Of a stretch of DNA of 64,000 bases, positions 29,805 through 41,485 are shown piece by piece. A model generated the notes under the pieces. The model was given only the letters and a program-made list of their open reading frames with translations, searched no databases and was not told where the DNA came from. The stretch comes from an uncultured Phycisphaerales bacterium (GTDB lineage Bacteria > Planctomycetota > Phycisphaerae > Tepidisphaerales > Tepidisphaeraceae): the NCBI GenBank assembly GCA_963755915.1, contig CAVWLP010000002.1, positions 4,320,001 to 4,384,000 of the forward strand, given 5' to 3'. The position numbers and the translations under genes are program-made. Each line of letters begins with the position of its first letter. Position 1 is the first letter of the stretch.

Positions 29805-31260
29805 GTGGCCCGAGATCGAATTCCAGATAGCTCCCTGCACTTACCTCCTGTGGCGCCCCGGCAATTGCCTCGGGCGATGCTTTTCGTTTCGCTGCTGATT
29901 GCGACGGTTGCGCTTTTACGAGCGCGATGCACAACGGCGTTTTGGAGAGCACCAACAGGTCAAGAGCCTGAGCATCTTCTGCGGGGTGATATGGGGGATC
30001 CTGCTTTACGAGGAATATCGCCTGATAGTCTGTGCTGCGGCCGTCGCCGCGACGATTGGGCTCGGGCTTTTCTCGTCCATCCACCAGCTTCTAGCCGCCG
30101 CAGGGTTGGATGTGATTCTGTTTCTGCTGGGGACTTTTCTGGTCGCCGGTTATCTGGAGGAGAATCTTTTCTTCGAGCATCTGGCCAGCCAGATCGTCCA
30201 CCATGTCGGCCGGCGGCCGGGAATATTGATGGGGGTGCTGATGCTCTGCGCGATGGTCGCCTCCGCCATCGTGGGGGAAGTCGCGGCGATTTTGTTCGTG
30301 GGCGGGGCAATGCTGCACATTGCCAATCGGTATCGCCTGAAGGCGATTCCGTTTTTGATCATGCTGGTTTTCGCGACCAACGTGGGGTCGGCTGCCAGCG
30401 CCTTTGGGCCGGTGGGGGTGACGATTGCGCTGAAGACGAAATTGAGCGTGCTCGATTTCTTTCGCTGGGCTACGCCGATCGCGATTGTCGTTTTGGCGCT
30501 GGTCTTTGGGATCTGCCGATGGTGGTTTGCGTGGGATTGGGAAGCGCTGGCGCTGGCGGTGCATCAGCACGATTTTGCCGACAGCGTGCCCGACCCGGCC
30601 CGGCGGCGATCGCAGGCGCCGGCGTGGATTCTGATCGGCATGATGACAGCTTTGTTCGTGCTGCATGCGCAGATCGAGCAGATGCTGGGGCTGAAGCCGG
30701 ATATGGTTTTAGTCGGCGCTGCGCTTGGAGCGGGGGTGATTGCGCTGGTGATGTCGAGAGCCAAGGCGAAGGCGGTCGTCGTTCACCGCGTCGATTGGGA
30801 AACGCTGCTGTTTTTCCTGGCGCTTTTTATCGTGGTCGGAGCGCTGGAAGCCACCGGGGTAACCGGCGTAATCGCCCGCGAGCTGCTCCGCGGCTCGGGC
30901 GGGCATCCGGCCGCACTCGTGCTCACCGTGGGATGGTCCACCGGATTTCTCAGCGCCTTTCTGGCGAATATTCTGGCCGTGGCGGCATTTCTGCCGATCG
31001 TCGCCGACCTCAAGGCCCACGGCGCGGCGTGCCCTACCGCGATCTATTGGCTCATGCTCTTCGGTGGAACATTCATGGGAAACATGACGAGCATCGGCTC
31101 GACGTGCAATATCATCGCCTGCGGAATGGCCGACAAACGGGGGCATGGGACGATCTACTTCAAATCGTGGATCAAGATCGGGGCGATCATCAGCCTCAGT
31201 TCGATGGCGCTGGCGACTTTTTTGCTGGCGATTCAGACGCATTGGTTGAGGAGTGGGTAA
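29805..31260 (+). CDS. ArsB/NhaD (ion transporter superfamily, SLC13-like) permease; 1-2 frameshifts near 29915-29955
   Basis: VFATNVGSA, VDWETLLFFLALFIVVGALE, LSAFLANI, FGGTFMGNMTSIGSTCNII; many TM helices. The GTG start is inferred. Confidence 0.82.
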
Positions 31261-31270
31261 AAAGAAGAGC

Positions 31271-31310
31271 CCCCTCCCCTGCCCTCCCCCGGCGTACCGG
31301 GGAGCGGGGG
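31271..31310. repeat. CCCCTC...GGGGAG-type hairpin repeat between convergent genes
   Basis: cccctcccctgccctcccccggcgtaccggggagcggggg with stem ctcc(c)ccgg/ccggggag. Confidence 0.55.
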
Positions 31311-31318
31311 AAATGCGA

Positions 31319-33672
31319 TCAGTTCATCACGCCGGCGATCAGGGTCTTGAAGAGCTTCGGCTCGACTTTGGTCCGGAAGGAATATTGAAGGGGCGTTGTG
31401 CTGCAAATCACGATGACCATGTCATCCTCCGGCACAACGCGGAAGACGGCGGAGCTGTTGGTGGTGTAGCCGAAGGTTTTGGGAGGGAGACCACCGTTGC
31501 CCAGGGGGACGAGTCCGATGCCGCCGCGCGGACCCCAGTCGGGAGAGGGGAGCATACGATTGAAATTTTCGGGGGTCAGGAACTGCGAGCCGCCGTAGCT
31601 TCCGCGGTTGAGGAGCATCTGGCCGTAGACAGCCAGGTCCCAGGGGCGCATAAAGACGCCGCTGAAACCGAGGAATCCGTTGGCAGAGGAAATGCCGAGC
31701 GGTTTGAAGAGCATGTCCTGGAAGAGGTGGGCGAGGTCCTCGCCGGTGAGGTCTTCGAGGATGTCGCCGGCGAGGTTAAAATTGACCTCGGAATATCTGG
31801 GGGTCATCGGAGTCACGAGGGGCATGTAGTCGGCGGCGACTTCTTCAAGATCGGCAATGTGGCCGCTGCCCAGCGGCAGGTCGCTCATGTGGCTGAGGAG
31901 CATGTGCATGGTGATGCGGTCACCGCCGGGGCGATTGGCGAAGGATGGGATATAGGCGCCCAGGGGTTTGTCGAGATCGATAACGCCGCGCTGTGCGACC
32001 ATCATGGCCATGGTGCCGACGAAAGATTTGGTGATGGAGGCGAGCTCGCCGGGTGTATCGACCGTCATGGCGGTGCCGTCTTTAAACGTGCCGTAGGCGC
32101 GGTGGTAAAAGACGACGCCATGGCGGGCGAAGCAGAAGGAGAGCGGCTCAGAGGGATATTGCCGGACGCCGGCGCGGCAGAGGGAGTCGACGCGGGCGAC
32201 GGCATAGGGCTCCATGCCAGCTTCCTGGGGCGTGCCGAGACGAAGGGTGATGGCGGGAGGGTTGACGGGCGCGGGTGTGAAAGAACCTTTGAGGGAGGGG
32301 AAAGCTGTGTCATAGCCGTAGAATTTGCGGCGCATTCCGGCCCACCAGTGTTCGTCGGCTTCGAAGGGTGTGCCGTCGTCACCGCTGCACAGGTTGGCGG
32401 CGATCCAGGCGAACTGCTGGTTTTGCAGAGGATTTGCAGAATGCAGCGGCCATGATTCATCGATTCTGCTGAGCAGCTTGGAGTCGCTGGCGATGGCGGA
32501 GGATAGCGCGGCAAGCCCGTCCCGCTGGAGCTGCCAGGAGCCGAGGGTCTGCGGCACCCGGCAGAGGGTGACGAAGCGGCGGGTGACATATCCGGCCGCG
32601 GTTTTGGCTTCGAGAATTGCCCCATATCGGCCGGGCCTGTCCGCGGATTTCACTTCCTGGTAATCGTTGTTGAAATAGCGCACGGTGGTCATGTTTTGGC
32701 CCAGGACGAGATTGGCTTCGTCGGAATTGTTCCACGAGATGGAGGGAAGGGCAGAGCCGCTGAAGACCAAATCGCCAGCGGGCTTGAGATCTTCGATGGC
32801 GGCTTGAATCTGGGCAGTCGTGCTTTGCGCGACTGGAGATTGGATGGGGGCGCTTTGGTCGGCCGGCGGCAGAGGTGTTTGAACGGTGGCGAAATGGACG
32901 ATGCCGAGGCTGACGACGAGAACCGCGACAAGGGCCAGCACCGGGGGGATGGCGGTTTTGAAGCCGGACCAGGTGATGGCCCTCGACGCCGCATCAGCGA
33001 TGGCAGCCGCGGTCGATCCGCCGATGGTTTTGCTTAGCGCCAGCCCGCAGGCTTTTTCCGCCAACCCCACCGGCGCCGCTTGCGATTTGGAACTGATCGC
33101 CGAAGTGACAACCGCGGCGGAAAGCGTACCGCCCTTACCGCCCAGGATTTTGCGCAGCTTTTCCACCGCGCGCGACACCCGCCGCTTGGCGGCGGATTCG
33201 GTTGACCCCAGGGCGGCCGCAACTTCGGCGAAAGACTCGTCGCGGAAATAGCGCAGAACCACCGCGGCGCAGTCATTGGGACGCAACGCGGCCAGCGCCT
33301 CATCAAGCTGCGGGGAAATGTCATCACAGTCCGCGGAATGTGCAGAGGTGTCTGTTTCGGCGGCCATTTCGGCGGCCCTCCGTTCGTGTACCCGGCGCCG
33401 CACCGCCGATCGGCGGGCGTCGGTCGCGCAGTAGTGCGCCACTTGAACCAGCCAGGGACTCAGCAGCCGCGGATTGCGAATTTCCCCCGCCCGTGCGCCA
33501 ACACGATAAAGACCGCCTGCGTCACATCCTCAGCTGCCGCGGGGTCCCCCAGTTGCCGGCGGGCGGCGGCGTAAATCATGTCGATGTGCCGCTCCACCAG
33601 CAGCCGGAACGATCGCTCGCATCGCTGCGAGACGTATTGGGAGAGAAGCTGCTCGTCGGTTTCGGGTGGCAT
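31319..33672 (-). CDS. ECF sigma factor fused via a TM helix to a beta-lactamase-like serine hydrolase domain; frameshift near 33495
   Basis: Region 2 FRLLVERHIDMIYAAARRQ...AEDVTQAVF...SPWL; region 4 AVVLRYFRDESFAEVAAALG...AAKRRVSRAVEKLR; TM PVLALVAVLVVSLGIV; then ASITK (SxxK), LLSHMSDL, YSEVNF, DLAVYGQMLLNRG. Confidence 0.82.
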
Positions 33673-33847
33673 GGTCTTTGGCGCAATCATAAAATAGTGG
33701 GCGGCCAACGAAATTGGGGACAAAGTCGCCGGTTAATTATGGCTTAATTGAGTGACTCTACGCTCCTGAAACGGCCTTAAGGTTGTCCTTGACGCGGGTG
33801 GTCAGGCTGTTAGGATCGCCTGCCGATGTAGATTGCTGTTTGGGCAT

Positions 33848-35070
33848 TTGAACGATCGACCGATCAATCCCGACCTTGAAAAGCGGCTGGGAGTTATTGC
33901 ATGGGGAGCATGGCTCACCGTGCTGTTTTTCGTCTCTGCGCTCATCTGGGTAGCGCCCTGCAGCGCAGCGACTGCCTGATCTACTATCTTGCCGCAAGAA
34001 ACTGGTGGCGGGGAACCAATCTCTTTGCCTTTAACTTCAACATTGACGGCTTCCTCTATTTTCCGCAATTTGCGATTCTTTATACGCCCTTCGAGCTGCT
34101 GGGGATGACGATTGGGCAGATCGTCTGGCGCGTCGGGGGTTTGGCGCTGCTGACCTGGGGAATCTGGCGGTTCGCAAAACTTTTCAGCCCGCAGAGAACC
34201 ACGCTCATGTTCGCGCTGGCGACGATCGCGGCCCTGCCGCCTTCGGTTGCTTCGCTGCGAAACGGCGAGGCGAATTTGCACATCGCCGCTTTCATGCTTC
34301 TTGCTGCCGCCGACCTCAGCGAGCGGAAATGGTGGTGGGCGACATTCTGGATGACGCTGGGGCTCATGATCAAGCCGATCATGATCGTCATGCTGCTTCT
34401 TTCGGCGGCGGTCTACCGGCCGGTGATCTGGCGGCTGGCGATTGCCATTTTGCTCGCCGTCGTGTTTCCGTTTGCGTTTCAGAGGCCGGAATATGTGATC
34501 GAGCAGTATCGGAGTTACCTCCACTGGACACAGCTTGCCACTGAGCCGCCGAATCTGTTCTGTAATATCCGGGGGCTTTTCGGATGCCTGGGGTGGGTAA
34601 TGTCGCAGCCGATGTTCAAGATCATCGGCGCCATCGCGGCGGCGGCAACGCTGGGGTTGTGCCTGATGGCGGGGCGAATGTGGAAAGAGCCGTGGCGGGC
34701 TTTGTTTGTGTTCGGATACGCGGCTGCATATCTGGTGCTTTTCAATCCGCGCACGGAGTCGAATTCTTATGTGATTCTAGCGCCGGTGGTTGCGTTGTTG
34801 GCGGCGGTTTTTGTCGCTTTGATCCCCCGGCCGCGAATGGCGACGATTCTCTATGTCATCGCATTCTTGCTGATCTGTGATGCCTGGGCGTTTAAACCGA
34901 CCAAGAATTGGCTGAAGCCGTTAGCGGGCGTTTTTGTGGTCGGACTACTGGTTCGGGAAATGATTGCCGAGGCGCCGGGACCGGAATTGCCCGAAAAGGG
35001 AGTTCCCGGAAGAGGATTTGAGGTCGTTATCCCGACCCGTCCGCAAGCTCTTTCGCCAGAGCCCCAATAA
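33848..35070 (+). CDS. GT87/DUF2029-like membrane glycosyltransferase; frameshift near 33957
   Basis: GFLYFPQFAILYTPF, SLRNGEAN, IKP and LFNPRTESNSY; the N-terminal TM helix is in another frame from TTG 33848. Confidence 0.72.
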
Positions 35071-36463
35071 CCTGCTTGGCGTCGCCGAAGAGCATCAGGG
35101 TGCGGTCCGACGTGTAAAGCTCGTTTTCAATCCCTGCGAAGCCGGGGTTCATGGAACGCTTGATCGCGATGACAGTTCGAGCCTTGTCGGCGTTGAGGAT
35201 CGGCATGCCGTAAATGGGTGAAGATTTATCATGCCGGGCGGCGGGGTTGACGACATCATTAGCGCCAACGACCAGTGCGACGTCGGTCTGGGGAAATTCG
35301 CCATTGATCTCATCCATTTCGACGAGCCGATCGTAAGGAATCTCCGCCTCGGCAAGCAGCACGTTCATGTGCCCCGGCATCCGGCCGGCGACGGGGTGAA
35401 TGGCGAATGAGACGAAAACGCCCCGCCGGGTGAGCTGATCGTACAGATCCCGCACTTTGTGCTGCGCCTGGGCGACAGCCATTCCGTAGCCGGGAATGAT
35501 AACGACTTTTTGACCGGCTTCGAGAATCGCGGCAGCTTCCTCAACGCCGGTGGAGCGCACGGTTTTGGCCTCGGTTCCCACGGCTTTCTCCTGCACCTGC
35601 CCGAACGCGCCGAAGAGGACATTGGTGAAGCTGCGGTTCATCGCCTTGCACATGATGATGCTCAGGATCAACCCGCTGGCGCCGTCCAGCGCACCGGCGA
35701 TGATCAGCAGCTTGTTGTCCAGAACGAATCCCATCATGCTCGCGGAGAGGCCGGCGTAACTGTTCAGCAGCGATATAACAGTCGGCATATCCGCGCCCGC
35801 CGATCGGGATGATCAGCAGCACGCCAAACGTGAGGGACAGCAGCAGCAGGACCGGAAAGAAGAACCAGAACTGCGGATGGAGAACGCAGGACGATTCCGC
35901 AGCCGAGGGCAGCGCCGAGGAGGCAAAAGTTGTAGATGTTCTGATTTTTGTAGGTGAGGGGCCGGCCAGGCAAAAGGTCCTGGAGCTTACCGAACGCCAT
36001 GAGACTGCCGGTAAAAGTCGAGCGCCCCCAGCAGCACCTCGAGGCAGAGGAAGACCATGATGACGGAGGTCGGCGGGTGGTTGCGAAGATCGAAGAGGAA
36101 ATAGTGTGCCGTGCCGACAAGGGCGGCCGCCAGCCCGCCGCAGGCGTGCGAGAGCGCCGTCCGCTGCGGGACGGCGGTCATGGGCATCCAGATCGCCATC
36201 GGCGCGCCGATGAGAGCGCCGATGACGAAACCGGCGATGATCCAGTCGTAGCTGATGATGCCGCGGTTCACCAGCGCGCCGATGATGGCGATCGTCATCC
36301 CGATCTCGCCGGTGAGATTCCCACGCCGGGCCGTCTTCGGTGAGCTGAGCCATTTCAGCGCCAGGATGAAGCACAGAGCGGCGACAACGTAAGCCGTGGT
36401 GGTGATCGCATCCACGAACATCGCCTTTGCATCTGGGGAAATATCGGCAACGAGGGGAATCAT
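35027..36463 (-). CDS. pntB: NAD(P) transhydrogenase beta subunit; three frameshifts (~36020, ~35885, ~35795)
   Basis: SSPKTARRGN, MTAVPQ, TFTGSLMAFGKL, IGG.DMPTVISLLNSY, CKAMNRS, PGYGMAVAQAQ, IHPVAGRMPGHMNV. Confidence 0.93.
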
Positions 36464-36774
36464 GATTTGGGTTTCCCGTCGCTGGTTGCCGTTACGTTTC
36501 GCTTTTTGAACATCTTGAGCATCCGGTCGGTGATCATGAATCCGCCGATGACGTTGGCCGAAGCTGCCGCTACGGCGGCGGTCCCCAGGATTGTCGAGAG
36601 CACCGTTCTCTGCTCCCCGGCGAGCTGGATCGCGGCGATGACGCTGATCGCGGAAATCGCGTTGGTGAGGGACATCAGCGGCGTGTGCAGCAACGGGCTC
36701 ACGCGTTTGATCACCTCCAGCCCCAGAAAGGCCGCGAGGATAAAGACGTAAAGATGGGCCGTGAAATCAGGCAT
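36460..36774 (-). CDS. pntAB: NAD(P) transhydrogenase alpha subunit, membrane part
   Basis: LHTPLMSLTNAIS...NVIGGFMITDRMLKMFK. Confidence 0.92.
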   Translation of the reverse strand: MPDFTAHLYVFILAAFLGLEVIKRVSPLLHTPLMSLTNAISAISVIAAIQLAGEQRTVLSTILGTAAVAAASANVIGGFMITDRMLKMFKKRNVTATSDGKPKS

Positions 36775-37905
36775 GGGCGATGCACTCCTTCAGGCGGGGA
36801 TGAACGATCTGCCCGTCTTTGCAGAGCAGGATACCGGCGATGATTTCATCGGAGACATCCATATTGATTTCCCCCGGTGGTTTCACGATCAGCTTCAGCA
36901 GGCTGGCCAGATTGTTCGCGTAGACCTGGCTGGCGTGGAAGGGAACGGACGCGGCGACATTGATGGCGCCGATAATCGTAACGCCGTTTCTGCGAATGGT
37001 TTTGCCGGGCTCGGTCGCCTCGCAGTTTCCGCCGGTATCCGCGGCGAGATCGACGATAACCGCGCCCGGCGGCATTTTGTCGACAACCTCGGCCGGAATC
37101 AGCCGCGGCGCGGGTTTGCCGGGGATCGCGGCAGTGGTGATGACCGCGTCAGATTCGATCACCGCGCGTGCCAGCAGATCGCGCTGCTTTTGCTGCTGCT
37201 CCGGCGTCAGCTCTTTCGCATATCCACCGGCGTCCTGGGCGGCGGCGGTTTCGAGCGGCAGCTCGACGAATTTTGCCCCCAGGCTCTGAATCTGCTCCTT
37301 CACGGCCGGGCGAACGTCGTAGCCGCTGACGATCGCCCCCAGCCGCCGTGCCGTGGCGATCGCCTGAAGCCCGGCAACGCCCGCCCCGATCACCAGCACC
37401 TTCGCCGGCTGGAGCGTGCCGGCGGCGGTCATCAGCATGGGGAAGATTTTCGGCGCATGATCGGCGGCGAGCAGGACGGCCTTGTATCCCGCGATATTCG
37501 CCTGCGAGGAAAGCGCATCCATGGCCTGGCGCGGGTGATTCGGGGAAGATATTCAAGGGCCATCGCCGCAATACCCTTTTGGGCGGCGGCGCCGATCAGA
37601 TCGCCGGCGCGGTAAGGCGAGAGCAATCCCACGAGCAGGGCGCCGGATCGCATCTGACCAACCTGCGCCGTCGATGGCGGCCCAACGACCAGCACAATAT
37701 CAGCATCCGCCCAACCATCGGAAGAAATGACTTTTGCCCCCGCGGACTGGTAAGACTCATCGCTGTGAGACGCCGCCACCCCGGCGTGCGATTCGACGAA
37801 CACTTCCGTGCCGGCCAATCCCAACCGCTTGATGACCGGCGGCACCAGCGCGACGCGCGTTTCGCCCCGATCACTTTCGTTAGGCACGAAAATCTTGACC
37901 GCCAT
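36767..37905 (-). CDS. pntAA: NAD(P) transhydrogenase alpha subunit, soluble NAD(H)-binding part; frameshift near 37528
   Basis: GETRVALVP...LPRITRA / MDALSSQANIAGYKAV...IGAGVAGLQAIATARRLGA...VDLAADTGGNCE. Confidence 0.92.
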
Positions 37906-37989
37906 GCGGGACATCAGTTTACAACGAATCGCTCTTCGCGTCTCCAGGGGACGGAGCCAAAGAATTAATCCGTTTGCTACAATTGAAAC

Positions 37990-38520
37990 ATGCCCCTGTT
38001 TGATCTGACCGGCCAGCGTGTCGGCATCCGCCGGCCTACTACCGACGATTGCGACGATTTTATCCGCATGGTTTGCTCCAGCCGGGATCTCCATTATCCC
38101 TGGGCTGAGCCCCCTTCAACACCGGAAAAATACGCTACCTATCTTGAGACGCGGACGGGCCTCGCGGACGATGGATTTCTGGTTTGCGAAATCGATTCCG
38201 GTGCGTTCGCTGGAGTGATCAATCTCAACTGCATCGTCCGCGGGCATTTTCAATCCGCATACCTTGGCTATTACGCCTCAGCAGCACTCTCCCGACGCGG
38301 ATTGATGACGGAGGGAATGCGGCTGGTAACCCAATGTGCCTTTCAGGAGCTGCGATTGCACCGGTTGGAGGCAAACATTCAGCCGGCGAACCTTGCCTCG
38401 ATCGCTCTGGTGAAAAAATGCGGGTTTCGGCTGGAGGGATTTTCCCCCCGGTATCTGATGGTCGCCGGCGAATGGCGCGATCATCAGCGCTGGGCGCTAT
38501 TGGCCGATGAAAAGACTTAG
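37990..38520 (+). CDS. GNAT N-acetyltransferase, RimJ/RimL family
   Basis: FQSAYLGY...GLMTEG...LRLHRLEANIQPANLAS...GFRLEG; TACAAT 6 nt before the ATG. Confidence 0.9.
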   Translation: MPLFDLTGQRVGIRRPTTDDCDDFIRMVCSSRDLHYPWAEPPSTPEKYATYLETRTGLADDGFLVCEIDSGAFAGVINLNCIVRGHFQSAYLGYYASAALSRRGLMTEGMRLVTQCAFQELRLHRLEANIQPANLASIALVKKCGFRLEGFSPRYLMVAGEWRDHQRWALLADEKT

Positions 38521-38521
38521 A

Positions 38522-38596
38522 ACCACGGATTGCGCGGATGGGCGCGGATAAAGCCAATTCCTCTTCTTATCCGCGCCCATCCGCGAAATCCGCGGT
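38522..38596. repeat. Palindromic element with 30-bp arms between convergent genes
   Basis: accacggattgcgcggatgggcgcggataa ... ttatccgcgcccatccgcgaaatccgcggt, 2 mismatches. Confidence 0.85.
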
Positions 38597-38603
38597 CTAA
38601 ATT

Positions 38604-39110
38604 TCATCCCGCCGAATCGGCCATGATGGCCCATTCTGTCACGCTGATCGGTGGAAGGGGTTTGACGCCGAGCTGGCGCAGCATGTTCAGCGATTGCGTG
38701 CGGTGATGATAACCGTGGGTCAGGACGTGAGTGAGGATTGCGCCGCGGGTCAGCTTGATTGTTTTTCCATCGCGAGTTCGAGTCGCGGTTTCGCTGTAAG
38801 CAAGTCGATGGGCTTCCGCGGCCAAATCCTTTGAGACGTTTTCAAGCAGCAACAAAATCTCCGCGGGCGTCCGCTGTTTGCCGTCCTGATCGATGCGCGG
38901 CGCGGGCTGCTGGCCCGCCAGGGTCTGCGTCCAGGTGCGCATGGCGCCGACGATGTGCAACGTGGCGTTATGCAGGGTGCCCGGGCCGATCTCAAATGTC
39001 TTGTGAAACTGCTCGGGCGTCAGCTTGGCACAGGCTTCCAAAACATTTCGCGTTGCCCACTCGTTGTGGGCAAGCATGATGTCGATGGGATCGCTTTTTG
39101 GCATAGGCAT
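38604..39110 (-). CDS. DinB-family protein
   Basis: HNEWAT...TLHNATLHIV...ILTHVLTHGYHHRTQSLNMLRQLG. Confidence 0.88.
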   Translation of the reverse strand: MPMPKSDPIDIMLAHNEWATRNVLEACAKLTPEQFHKTFEIGPGTLHNATLHIVGAMRTWTQTLAGQQPAPRIDQDGKQRTPAEILLLLENVSKDLAAEAHRLAYSETATRTRDGKTIKLTRGAILTHVLTHGYHHRTQSLNMLRQLGVKPLPPISVTEWAIMADSAG

Positions 39111-39246
39111 TCAATTTAGCGGTTTTGGACCCGTCTGGAAATGAAAATATGGCGATTGCACCTCGCAAGAGTGGCGGTCGAGAAACCGCGGGGGCGATTT
39201 AGCCGATAATGGTTCAGACACCCGGCATACGCCGGCTTTTCACGCC

Positions 39247-39684
39247 ATGTTAATTTCACGAGAGCAAAGAGAATTCCAATGGCAATTGATCGCCGCCATC
39301 GTTTTCCTGGCGTGCCTGATCTTTTCCGGAGTTTTTTGGGTAGGCGAAATCCGATACGCCTTCTGGGGAGCAACCGCCCAGGCGGTCGTGGTTGGCTACG
39401 ACGATGTTTACAATTCCAACGGCGTCCGCACTTCAGTGGTGGACATCGATTACCAGTATTTTGACGAAGGGGCAAAGGCCGTTTGTCGGGGAAGCTATCG
39501 GCTCTACCCGCCCGCGGCCATCCCGGCGCCGGGGGAGACATTCGCGGTGAGATACCTGCCCAACGACGCCAACTCGTCGATGCGGGTCGCGGACGACTTT
39601 CTGGGGCCCGTGTGGGCAACGATCCAGTTTTTTGCCCTCGTGGGGGTTTGCGTTTTGTGGGTACGGTTCAGTGGGTGGCTGTAA
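39247..39684 (+). CDS. DUF3592-like two-TM membrane protein
   Basis: TM - AQAVVVG...IDYQY...PGETFAVRYLPNDA - TM. Confidence 0.65.
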   Translation: MLISREQREFQWQLIAAIVFLACLIFSGVFWVGEIRYAFWGATAQAVVVGYDDVYNSNGVRTSVVDIDYQYFDEGAKAVCRGSYRLYPPAAIPAPGETFAVRYLPNDANSSMRVADDFLGPVWATIQFFALVGVCVLWVRFSGWL

Positions 39685-39785
39685 TCAGCTTCGAATCACG
39701 CCTCAATTCAACTCATTTTTGAAATGAATGCCTCGCAGCCGGCGTATAAGGGGCTGATTAACGGCCAACAAAGCCGGAAGGCACG

Positions 39786-40913
39786 ATGATTCGAAGCGGG
39801 CTGCTGGCGGCGGTGATTGGGCTGATTGGGCAAGTCGCGTCGGCCGATGGGATCCGCTATGACCGGATTCCTACGGATACGACGGGATATGGCCATGTGG
39901 ATTTCGATCGGCTGGTTTCGTCGCGACTCATGCACTCGATATACGACGGCCGGCAATCGTTGTCTGATCTGATGGCGAACCTTGGCGATGTCGGCGACGG
40001 AACCATCTATACGCTGAAGATCGGCCGGGCGAGTGAGGCGGTGATGCTCTGGCACACGAAAGACGTTGCCGCCCGAAGCCAATATTGGAACGAGGTGATT
40101 TCAGATAAGGACGCCATCGTGATTACCTACGACGGCCAGGAGGTACGTTATATCCCCACGAGCCTGGGAGATCTGGTGAGTCAGAAGTGGAACGCGACGT
40201 TTTTTGCCGAAAAAGCGAAGTCCAGGGGGATTCAGCAGGCGCCGCCGGAGGCGAGTCCACCGAAATCCACCAGGATTGAGCTTGGAATTGGAGACGAGCA
40301 GACTTCCACGCGGTGGTTTGAGCGCGGGCCGTTTTACGTTGCCTTTTATGGGAACGATCTGATCGTATTGACCGGGGATATTCCCTCAATGGCGGCGGCG
40401 CTGGACGTGTTGCACGGCAAAATGCCGTCGCTGGCGACAAATGATCCGCAGAGCCTGAAGATGGATATCCCCCCCGGAGCGATCATGGTGGGCGCGGGGG
40501 CGATGGCAAGTTTTTCAACGGACGGGAAGGGTTCGGCGACGCAGCCTACCGAGGCGAATACGGCGGGCGGCGCATTTGGATTGAATCTGGCGGGTTCACT
40601 TCAGGCGAACGCGCGGCTGGCGAAATTCGATTTTGGGGAGGATCAGCAAAATTTATATGGCGACGCGACGGTTCTGATGAAAGATGCCGATTCCGCCGGT
40701 CAGTTCAGGAATCTGGTCACCGGGGTGAAGGCGCTGATCAGCCTGACGCAGCCGGACAAGGCGGCGCTGCTGACGCCGCTGACGATTGACGCGAGCGGGG
40801 ATAGCGTTGGGTTGCATTGGTCGTGGCCGACGGGGACACTTTCGGAGCTGATACGGATTGCCCAGTCGCCGACCGACCATGACGCTTCTTCGCCCCCCAG
40901 CACCAGGCCGTGA
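39786..40913 (+). CDS. Hypothetical secreted protein
   Basis: Signal peptide ending VASA; 375 aa; first gene of the ECF operon. Confidence 0.75.
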   Translation: MIRSGLLAAVIGLIGQVASADGIRYDRIPTDTTGYGHVDFDRLVSSRLMHSIYDGRQSLSDLMANLGDVGDGTIYTLKIGRASEAVMLWHTKDVAARSQYWNEVISDKDAIVITYDGQEVRYIPTSLGDLVSQKWNATFFAEKAKSRGIQQAPPEASPPKSTRIELGIGDEQTSTRWFERGPFYVAFYGNDLIVLTGDIPSMAAALDVLHGKMPSLATNDPQSLKMDIPPGAIMVGAGAMASFSTDGKGSATQPTEANTAGGAFGLNLAGSLQANARLAKFDFGEDQQNLYGDATVLMKDADSAGQFRNLVTGVKALISLTQPDKAALLTPLTIDASGDSVGLHWSWPTGTLSELIRIAQSPTDHDASSPPSTRP

Positions 40914-40926
40914 ATCCGAGGCCGCG

Positions 40927-41485
40927 ATGACGCCGAGCCACGGTGGGCGAGAATCTTCGGCGGAGGCGCTGGCGCGGTGCGTGGCGCACGGGGGATGCGA
41001 GGCGTGTTTTGGGGAGCTGGTGCGGCGGTTTCAGACGCCGCTCGTGCATTTTTTGATGCGACGGGTGGGGTCGGAGCATGATGCGGAGGATTTGGTTCAG
41101 GAGGCGTTCGTTGTCGCGTATCGGAAGATCGGGCGGTATCGGCCATCGTGGAAATTCAGCACCTGGCTCTTCACGATCGCAAATCGGCTGGCGGTTTCGA
41201 AGGCGCAGGACGCGAATCGGCAGGCGGCTGGGGCAGGAGGCATGTGATGCGAGTTCCGATCCGTCGACCGTTGCCGAAGAGAGTGAGATGAGGAGCCGGC
41301 TATGGGACGCGGCGCGGGAGATTTTGGACGGGGATGCGTTCACGGCCATTTGGCTGAGTTGTGTGGAGTCGATGCCAGCGGAGGAAATTGGGGTGGTGCT
41401 CGGGCAAAGCGCCAATGCGGTGCGGATTCTATTGCACCGGGCGCGCGGGCGGCTGGCCAGGGAGTTGAAATATGAGTGGAAATGA
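40927..41485 (+). CDS. ECF sigma-70 factor; frameshift near 41200-41245
   Basis: FGELVRRFQ...DAEDLVQEAF...FSTWLFTIA; region 4 AEEIGVVLGQSANAVRILLHRARGRL in the next frame. Confidence 0.85.

Noticed and set aside
31319-32300. Functional beta-lactam resistance gene
   Set aside because: YxN and the H/K-T-G triad are degenerate and the domain is fused to a sigma factor; hydrolytic resistance is unsupported.
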